DNA from: Trichoplax adhaerens
Taxonomy: Eukaryota > Animalia > Placozoa
Assembly: GCF_000150275.1 (NCBI RefSeq)
Contig: NW_002061278.1
Coordinates: forward strand, 1 to 6,539
DNA: 6,539 bases
Direction: 5' to 3'
Shown: piece after piece, positions 1 through 6,539 of the stretch
How the letters are laid out: every line of letters begins with the position of its first letter
Numbering within the stretch: position 1 is the first letter of the stretch
The notes under the pieces: model-generated
Databases searched by the model: none
Told to the model about the DNA's origin: nothing
Seen by the model: the letters and a program-made list of their open reading frames with translations, nothing else
Program-made: the position numbers and the translations under genes

Positions 1-785
1 CACACCTAACATATTGATTTAAAATTACGAATAATAAAAGTGAAATTATTTAATGGTCTTAATCTTGATGAGTGTTTACTATCATATGAAATCTGTGTAG
101 CAATGCTATAAGTAAATAAATCGATTCGGTATTATACGTATTACCTGCTTGCAACTCTATCTATCAACCGCAAGAATTAAGCCATTTTGTACAGGACAGG
201 AATTGAAAAAAAATTAGCGTAAGATATTTCAATCGCTCAAATATTCATTAATCGTCAGTGGTTATGTTAATAAGCAAGTCCTTCAGTAAACAAATTTTTA
301 TTGACTTATGCGTACAAGTAAATTAAGCATAGACGTATTGTTAAATCTCTTTGAAGTCGTAAGTACAGAAAATTGTTCGTACTTAATTATGCTACATTTA
401 TCTGCACCTATAATGACAACATAATCATTATCCTATAGGGCTGGCATTGTTATCTGTTGTTTATTTGCGCTGCAAGATAGATCATAATTACGAATGGAAT
501 TTGCTGATATTATCAGTTATGCCTTTATACAGTACTACATAAAAGCTTTGATATTTCACGTTGATTAAAATAGAAAATGATGTGAACCAGTTTTACGTAG
601 GATCATAATAAATGTAGCTTTGCCATGATGAGTAATTATGCCAATAAGGCTGTATTGATGAAGCCTTAAAGTGTATCTTAACGACTGTTCTAATTGAATT
701 AACCAGAGATAGAACCAGCCATGTAAACTTGTGAGGAGGGGTAAGACCTACTCATGCGTTGAGTCTAAGCAGCAGTTTCTCTTCA

Positions 786-1186
786 CTCTCTAATAAAATC
801 TTTCCTGATTTCGATATTTGATAAACTAAAATGGGAGCCCTACCTTCTGTCTCGCTCCATATGTTAAAGATGTGTCTCTCAATTTCTCATGAGTGCTAGA
901 TTAACTTATCAGCAGGCTAGGGGCGGGCTCATTCCCTACCATGATACTCATCTGAACGGGCCTAAAAGTTTCCAATTACTAAGAAAAATACAGACCTCTA
1001 TTATGCTACTAGCTCTCTAATAAAAGCTTTACCCATTTCCATATTTATTTGATGAACTAAAATGAGTGTCTGCTGTCTTTCTAGTCCTTATTGTCCATAT
1101 CTCAAACATGGGTCACCGACTCATGCTGTAGACCAAATTAAGAAAAACAGATAGCTCATTATCCTATTAACTCTCCAATAAATGCT
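786..1186. repeat. Degenerate tandem duplication (~227 bp offset, partial third copy)
   Basis: ctctctaataaaa at 786 and 1013, ctctccaataaa at 1171. The first two are followed by tatttgatRaactaaaatg, tccatat..aaa.atg.gtc and ctcatg. taagaaaaa(t)acaga recurs at ~980 and ~1139. Confidence 0.75.
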
Positions 1187-1547
1187 AATATTGTCTTTCA
1201 ATCAGTTTCACTTTCTTTTCCTCGTGCCCGGTACTACGTGTGTATTGATTACTGCAATGATTATTATGAATAGCAAATTCCAACTTTGTTAACAATCACT
1301 GCACCCTCTGCTACTGGAATAATCTACTGAAATGCTTGTGCAATTACCGAATGCATATCGAGAATATTCTGATGAATCGAAGCCTATGCTATCAATTAAT
1401 TTACAACAGTACAATACTGTCACTATGGAATACATACAACTTTATGGCTACGATGCAGTAAATTGTATGCTGTTTGTTCGACGCAATCTTGACTTCAATG
1501 CAACTTGTTAAACAGCACGAACAGATGAATTTGCAATGAAGGATAAC

Positions 1548-1559
1548 TTTATTTTTATT
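1548..1559 (-). terminator. Tandem AATAAA polyadenylation signals for the Argonaute mRNA
   Basis: Plus tttatttttatt equals minus AATAAAAATAAA, the first AATAAA I found after the stop (~430 nt). A GU-rich tract (TCTGTTCGTGCTGTTT, ~1525-1510) follows. Confidence 0.55.
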
Positions 1560-1984
1560 TTGATGACAATGTCAGACTTTGACTTTAGTCCCCAAAATCC
1601 GTTGCTGAAACTGAAAAGACAACAGGTTCAAAAAAAAAGCTATATTAATTAATATTAACTTGGTATTAAACAACGTTGCATTTGACCAATACGAGAAACA
1701 ACACTAAACCCAGAAAAGGACAGATTGATAAAGCTTGCAAGTAGTCATGTGGAAGCATACATTAAAACGTTAATATGCCATACGACAGTAATGATTAGAA
1801 CTGCTATGGCGAGCGAAATAACCCTATTTGAAATTATAAAACTTGATAGAGCGGTATTATGTCAATGAAATGGTGCAATCCTAATTTAAAGTGTTACCTT
1901 ATAACCCAAAATAAATTAATCAATAGACATTACCGACATGATATGACTAAACATGAAATTATTTCATGCACACATCGTAAACAT

Positions 1985-2968
1985 TTAAGCAAAAAATACA
2001 GCGCCACCAATATTTTTGGATAAGACTTGCTCTATCTTACGATTCATTTCTTGCGGTCTCATCTCTCCTCCAAGTTGAGCCATGTAAGAACGTGCTCGAA
2101 AAGCTAAATGATGAGAATAATAAACTGGAGCTGGAATAGAAACACTTCTAGTGCAACGACAGTAGACATGACACAATTGATAGGTAAACTCTTGTAAGCT
2201 ATCCGCTGATAACTTATTTTCATCCAGTAATACATGGTAGTGAGTAGGTCGACTTGTTCCTTGGATACCAAAGTGACTGCATAGATAGAAATCGAACTGG
2301 GAAGGATGGCAAACGCCTCGATCGACTACTAGGCCTGGTGGGACATTGCGAGCTTTCCCCACGGAATCTTTATTTTGAGATGGGAAAAAGCGTGTATGAT
2401 GACGCTTTTGAACTACTAAAAAGGTAATAGCTGGTCGATAGCCTTCTTCTATGCTACGGCATGCTTTCTCGATCGCCGTTAATTCTTCGCGAATGACATC
2501 GTTAAATTGGCCTTCGCTAACTCCATCGCGATAAAAGATGATTCGCTCAGGCTTTCTATGTAATTTTCGATAGAACGAAAGCATCATGGTTTTAACTACA
2601 CTTTGTAAATCTTGAATGATTTCTTTACGATGTTCTTGGATACGAATAGCATGAAAATAGTGACTCAAATCGATGTTGGCACTTCCAACGATTGCTGCAA
2701 CCGATGGCGATGTTTGATCACCGATGCCTGGATGAGTGACATCAGCACCAAAGATGATTGTTGGCTTCTTTAATAATTCCGATTGATTGATGGTATTGTT
2801 CGTCCCTCCTAATTTAGCGTTAATCTTTAAAGCTAAGTTGGCTAGGAATTGATGATTGGCTTTGTCGATATTCTTAATTTGCATACACTGCGTAGGTACT
2901 TGATAGTCTAAATCGCAGGTTGTTTTGATGGATCCGTAAATTTCTGCCGATTGCCCGGTATTAGGCAT
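1985..2968 (-). CDS. AGO: Argonaute, C-terminal part (remainder of MID plus PIWI), in the -1 frame relative to the upstream ORF
   Basis: 327 aa ORF with IYGSIK, PTQC, NLALKINAKLGGTN, IIFGADVTHP, PSVAAIVGS, IIFYRDGVSEGQF, VVQKRHHTRFF, DFYLCSHFGIQGTSRPTHYHVL, RCTRSVSIPAPVYYSH and C-terminal FFA. These are AGO-clade motifs, not PIWI-clade or prokaryotic. The ATG at 2968 is probably not a real start. Confidence 0.97.
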   Translation of the reverse strand: MPNTGQSAEIYGSIKTTCDLDYQVPTQCMQIKNIDKANHQFLANLALKINAKLGGTNNTINQSELLKKPTIIFGADVTHPGIGDQTSPSVAAIVGSANIDLSHYFHAIRIQEHRKEIIQDLQSVVKTMMLSFYRKLHRKPERIIFYRDGVSEGQFNDVIREELTAIEKACRSIEEGYRPAITFLVVQKRHHTRFFPSQNKDSVGKARNVPPGLVVDRGVCHPSQFDFYLCSHFGIQGTSRPTHYHVLLDENKLSADSLQEFTYQLCHVYCRCTRSVSIPAPVYYSHHLAFRARSYMAQLGGEMRPQEMNRKIEQVLSKNIGGAVFFA

Positions 2969-4458
2969 AAAATGAAATCGAGCTTTCCTGAAGTTCGGCG
3001 CATCCAGTCATCCATGGTACGCTTGAAATCGTCGTTTGCATTAGCGATACAACGTGGGTTACTTACAAGATTTTTTTCGTTGATGCCTTCGATACCACAA
3101 TCTGCAGTCGATTTCTTCAACTTACTGATTAATACTTCTACTTTTCTGGGATTTAACATTCGATCACGAAACCAAACACAGCCCCAAGAATGAACTTGCT
3201 TGCTGGAGATAAATTGAGCATTTTGTAGATTCCAGCTTCCATCACGTGGTAGCATTTCACCAGAACGATAGATGACTTTGACCGGTGATAAAACTCGCGC
3301 ATCGACTTTTTTCATGTGAGGATCGACTTGAATATTGAATCCTTTACTCACTGGATCGGTAGAATACTGTGCTGTACGATTGACAAATGTATCAATTTTG
3401 CCTCTCCGTTGATCGGCCGGAATAGCTGCAAATCTTACCATGCTAGCTGTTTCACGCTCGTTAATTTTCTTCTTGTAGTATTGTCCAGGTATAATTTCGC
3501 ACACTTCCATAGGTAAATGAATTTCTTTATTGTTCATTTTTAAACAGGGTAAATCGGGATAGCGGATGGTATAGCCATAAGTCGTTTTAAAATAGTCTGT
3601 CACACTGACTCGTTTTCCGTTGTGATCAAATTGAATTTGATTGGGTTTATTGTTGGAGATATCGGTGATTCTATATTTGCGTTTTTTGTCACCATGAAGA
3701 GCAGTCACTTTGACATTTTTCAATTCGGATGCCATGGTTTTTCTTTGAAAATCTCGTAGTGATCGTATTTCATCTTGATTGAAATAGCGAGCGATAAAGT
3801 TATGGACGAGTACAGCCTCATAAAATGCAGTATGCGAGGTGTCAATATTTAAGGATAAGCCCGTCTGTGTTGAACGTGCACTTTGATAATAACCACGCCA
3901 ACTTTCATGTCCACAGCCTAACGATCGCCAATCGTCATCAGCAGGTTCTGGATAAAAGGATCGATAAACCATGGTGAATTTCTTGGCCAGAGTACAACGT
4001 AAAACAACATCGACTGCTTGTATTGCTTGATAGGGGACATCGGTTTCGCCACGTAACGCTCGATTTAAATCGGTTAATTGGATTAATTGCACTTCCTTAA
4101 TTTGGATTTTGAAACTTTTAATGGCGCCAGGTCTCATTTCTTTATCAATGGTGAATGTCTTTCCATCACTGCTAATTCCATTTAGTCTTTTATTAGCATA
4201 AATATTGCGTACACCATCAAACGCTGTTACAACACCACGAAAAAGCTGTGAATAACTGGATTGTAAAATAGAAATGAAATCGCGTAGATCAGATTTAATT
4301 TTGACTTCAGGATTAGTTTGCATATCATATTGAATGATGGAATTCTCCGCTTGAAAGGAGATTGGATAATGATTAGCGTAAACTGCAATGCGTTTTCCTT
4401 TGCTACCAAACCCATTGCGTTGAGGTAATGCTGCTTTGGTAAAGGCTGTTGCAGCCAT
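2908..4458 (-). CDS. AGO: Argonaute, N-terminal part (N, L1, PAZ, L2 and start of MID); Argonaute homology ends at about ...LDFILCLIPG (~2953), where the frame changes
   Basis: 516 aa ORF. PQRNGFGSKGKRIAVYANHY resembles the Ago N-terminal motif (human AGO2 PPRPDFGTSGRTIKLQANFF). L1: SLGCGHESWRGYYQSARSTQTGLSLNIDTSHTAFY. PAZ: RKYRITDI...VSVTDYFKTTYGYTIRYPDLPCL...LPMEVCEIIPGQ. L2: VDARVLSPVKVIY...GSWNL. MID strand: LDFILCLIPG. Confidence 0.95.
   Translation of the reverse strand: MAATAFTKAALPQRNGFGSKGKRIAVYANHYPISFQAENSIIQYDMQTNPEVKIKSDLRDFISILQSSYSQLFRGVVTAFDGVRNIYANKRLNGISSDGKTFTIDKEMRPGAIKSFKIQIKEVQLIQLTDLNRALRGETDVPYQAIQAVDVVLRCTLAKKFTMVYRSFYPEPADDDWRSLGCGHESWRGYYQSARSTQTGLSLNIDTSHTAFYEAVLVHNFIARYFNQDEIRSLRDFQRKTMASELKNVKVTALHGDKKRKYRITDISNNKPNQIQFDHNGKRVSVTDYFKTTYGYTIRYPDLPCLKMNNKEIHLPMEVCEIIPGQYYKKKINERETASMVRFAAIPADQRRGKIDTFVNRTAQYSTDPVSKGFNIQVDPHMKKVDARVLSPVKVIYRSGEMLPRDGSWNLQNAQFISSKQVHSWGCVWFRDRMLNPRKVEVLISKLKKSTADCGIEGINEKNLVSNPRCIANANDDFKRTMDDWMRRTSGKLDFILCLIPGNRQKFTDPSKQPAI
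2938..2958 (-). other. Frameshift site (-1, equivalent to one missing base) joining the two Argonaute ORFs
   Basis: Minus strand reads ata CCG GGC AAT CGG CAG AAA TTT ACG. Homology to ILPGKTPVYAEVK needs frame 0 up to IPG and frame -1 from IYGSIK. One extra G in GGG (2954-2956) or one extra A in AAA (2941-2943) restores an 824 aa ORF. Confidence 0.9.
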
Positions 4459-4489
4459 CTTTTCCTTTTTCAGTAAAAGCTAATATGAT

Positions 4490-4524
4490 CTGCAAAGAGA
4501 AAGAGAGAGAGAAACAAAAATGAG
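4490..4524 (-). other. Polypyrimidine/(CT)n tract ending in CAG: candidate 3' splice acceptor of a 5'UTR intron
   Basis: Minus strand CTCAT-TTTTGTTTCTCTCTCTCTTTCTCTTTG-CAG|ATC, with a yUnAy branch-like A at 4521 and the AG ending at 4490, 31 nt before the ATG. Confidence 0.5.
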
Positions 4525-4585
4525 CTTCCTGCCGCGTGCACAAGTCCCAAACGATGCTGATGGCAAATTCAAGCGAGTCTTGCGT

Positions 4586-4594
4586 CTATTTATA
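4586..4594 (-). promoter_or_regulatory. TATA box (TATAAATAG) of the Argonaute gene; predicted TSS about 4565-4558
   Basis: Plus-strand ctatttata is a consensus TATAWAWR on the minus strand, ~130 nt upstream of the ATG. A pyrimidine-purine initiator-like TTGCCATCAG lies ~30 nt downstream. Confidence 0.7.
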
Positions 4595-4605
4595 CTAGCG
4601 CCGAG

Positions 4606-4615
4606 ATGACGTCAT
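4606..4615. promoter_or_regulatory. CRE / ATF-CREB bZIP site, perfect palindrome ATGACGTCAT
   Basis: Exact TGACGTCA consensus at 4607-4614, 12 nt upstream of the TATA box. Confidence 0.7.
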
Positions 4616-4630
4616 GGCGGCGAGAAGAGT

Positions 4631-4650
4631 TTATTGGCTGTTGATTGGAT
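4631..4650 (-). promoter_or_regulatory. Two tandem CCAAT (NF-Y) boxes
   Basis: Minus strand atCCAATcaacagCCAATaa (ATTGG at 4633-4637 and 4644-4648), about -70 to -85 from the predicted TSS, the usual NF-Y position. Confidence 0.65.
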
Positions 4651-4986
4651 GGGAGGAAAGATAGAGCGCAAAGCTGCGGTCAAGACTGGCCATCCGGGTT
4701 ATGGCGTCGACTAAAGCTTTTTGTATGCAATAGCGAGTCATGTTATAAACAGTGGGTAGAGACGAGAAGCGAGCGACTCGCAGATGGAGGGTGAAAGGCT
4801 GAAAGCGTCAACTAGGCTACTGGCGGGTACGGTTCGGTTCGGTCGCTATTGCAGCATACGAGTACTGGAAAAAATGGCTGGCATGGCAAGCAAGAAGGTT
4901 GGGCGCAATGGCTAGCTAGATCCGACAGAGTACAGACTGGAGGCAATTGACCGCTGGCAATTTACCTTATTGGATCAATTTTACGC

Positions 4987-5620
4987 TAGATTGAACGCTG
5001 TAATATAATCAATCCACCCTCGTCCTATCCTAAGTATTTTATTCAAAACAGATCCTTTACTGCATGGGAGTCATTGGACGCTGTCTATTATAGGATTGAA
5101 TGCTGCAAAGTATTCCATCCACCCTCGTCCTATCAAAACAGATCCTTGACTGCATTGGATGAATTTAGTTGGCGGTCTATCAAAACAGATCCAAATGGAC
5201 TGCATTGGATGAATGTTACGGTCTATCAAAACAAATCCTTGACTGCATTGGATGAATTCATTGGACGTCTATCGAAACAGATACTTTACTGTATTGGATT
5301 AATTTGACGGTGTACAGGATTGAATGCTGCAAAATATTCCATCCACCCTCGTCCTATCCAAACAGACCCTTGACTGCATTGGATGAATTTAGTTGGCGGT
5401 CTATCAAAACAGATCCAAATGGACTGCATTGGATGAATGTTACGGTCTATCAAAACAGATCCTTGACTGCATTGGATGAATTCATTGGACGCCTATCGAA
5501 ACAGATACTTTACTGTATTGGATTAATTTGACGGTGTACAGGATTGAACGCTGCAAAGTATTCCATCCACCCTCGTCCTATCAAAACAGACCCTTGACTG
5601 CATTGGATTAATTTGACGGT
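4987..5620. repeat. Higher-order tandem repeat, 224 bp period (38 bp unit A plus four 46-47 bp units B), ~2.4 near-identical copies and a degenerate 5' copy
   Basis: Unit A (aggattgaatgctgcaaagtattccatccaccctcgtc) starts at 5092, 5316 and 5540, degenerate at ~4988. Unit B (ctatcaaaacagatccttgactgcattggatgaat plus a variable tail) starts at 5130, 5177, 5223, 5269, 5354, 5401, 5447, 5493 and 5578, degenerate at ~5040. Confidence 0.97.
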
Positions 5621-5662
5621 AAATCGTCCTAGTTGTGAAATGGAAATGACAACTTATATCAT

Positions 5663-6376
5663 AGGCTACTCAATATTCTTCATGAACATATGGAGGAGTC
5701 TGCTAGCTTGGACAACTTGAAAAATCCGATTGGATCATCGCACTGATATTGTTGTTTACAAATAAAACTTGAAACGGACAGTACTACCAATCACTTGCTG
5801 CTTGACTACTCTCTTCAACAAGCTTGTGGTGGAATAGAAGCGGACTGCAACAATTGAAAAGTTCTACCACAGGCTACTCAATGCTCTTCATAAAATAGTG
5901 AGGAATCTCTTGTAGCTAAAGCAAGACAGCTTGAAAAAATAATCCTACCACTACACGTATCCTAGATCATCGCACTAACATTGGTTACAAATGAAAAAGT
6001 AGGCAACCATGCAACCATTTTACCGACACTGCTACCGATCCATCAGTACTTCAACAAGCAACAAGTAGTGCCGTTGAAATAGATATAGGGAGTGAGAGTT
6101 GTTATGCAAGGATTACTCCATCATCTTTATGAACTCAAATATTGAGGAGTTACTGGGAGGGCATCGACAGCTTCGGAATGGTCAAGTGAAATTACTAGAT
6201 CGACCAGTATTGTTTGCATGACTAAAAAAGTACAAGAGTCATGTAGAGGACCTTGATGAAGAGCATGAGTTGCTATTTCTGCTACTTATACTGACCAATT
6301 CTAATTGCTATTAAACCAACTCAGAAAGCAAGTAGTGGAGTAGAAATAGATTATAGTAGTATTTTCTAGGGACTAC
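5663..6376. repeat. Degenerate tandem repeat, ~3 copies of 208-259 bp
   Basis: Collinear shared blocks: aggctactcaat..tcttcat (5663, 5871; aggattactcca 6109), gaca.cttgaaaaa, gatcatcgcact (5733, 5965), cttcaacaagc (5813, 6049), caagtagtg...gaaataga (~6062, ~6329). Confidence 0.8.
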
Positions 6377-6539
6377 GAAAAGAAATAGAGAAGGACATTT
6401 TAGGCGATCAATATGCCTGTTTCGTGCTGGAAGTAGTTACAAGGCGAAAAGTGATAATCACGCAATTTGGAGGACAATATCCCAAAATAATGAGGTAGAA
6501 TTTATTCCAATGATGCTTCAATCCAGTAATAATGGATTC

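Noticed and set aside
1332-1511. 59 aa plus-strand ORF (MLVQLPNAYREYSDES...)
   Set aside because: Short, with no recognisable homology or supporting signals.
1642-1968. Palindromes ATATTAATTAATAT (1642-1655) and CATGAAAT-T-ATTTCATG (1952-1968) in the 3'UTR
   Set aside because: Short and AT-rich, so plausible by chance, with no other support.
2937-2943. A AAU UUA retroviral-type slippery heptamer at the frameshift
   Set aside because: Present on the minus strand but in the wrong register. ORF1 reads AAA TTT A, so canonical tandem slippage would not move frame 0 to -1.
2943-2955. 11 nt GC...AG micro-intron (GCAATCGGCAG) whose removal would restore the frame (IPEIY)
   Set aside because: Shorter than known spliceosomal introns, with no donor consensus or branch point, and it would delete the specificity loop.
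1985-2968. Stand-alone short (MID-PIWI) prokaryotic-style Argonaute with an upstream partner gene
   Set aside because: The sequence is clearly eukaryotic AGO-clade, and the break falls inside the MID fold rather than at a domain boundary.
2951-4415. Small ORFs 2951-3193 (+), 3316-3516 (+) and 4227-4415 (-)
   Set aside because: Antisense or alternate-frame shadows inside the Ago CDS with no recognisable motifs.
5223-5300. Hammerhead ribozyme / retrozyme monomer (GATGA...CGAAAC)
   Set aside because: No CUGANGA core on either strand and no convincing three-helix junction.
5074-5531. Two similar 75-77 aa ORFs
   Set aside because: By-products of the tandem repeat: TTG starts, a 224 bp period not divisible by 3, and no recognisable domain.
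5130-5620. CRISPR array
   Set aside because: Linkers are only ~11-12 nt and are themselves duplicated with the 224 bp period, there are no cas genes, and the context is eukaryotic.

Overview
AT-rich eukaryotic-looking genomic DNA centred on one minus-strand, intronless AGO-clade Argonaute gene (4458->1985). The gene is split into two overlapping ORFs by a single -1 frame change at about 2958-2938, exactly at the MID-domain nucleotide-specificity loop. Joined, the ORFs give an ~824 aa N-L1-PAZ-L2-MID-PIWI protein with an intact DEDH slicer tetrad and an intact 5'-phosphate pocket. Upstream is a compact Pol II promoter (TATAAATA, perfect CRE, two CCAAT boxes) in a GC/CpG-enriched patch. Beyond it lies a higher-order tandem array (224 bp period: four 46-47 bp units plus one 38 bp GNRA-hairpin unit) that could be transcribed divergently from the Argonaute. 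Older degenerate ~160-260 bp repeats lie on both sides of the locus. The PIWI motifs look animal-like, but the organism cannot be determined from this window.
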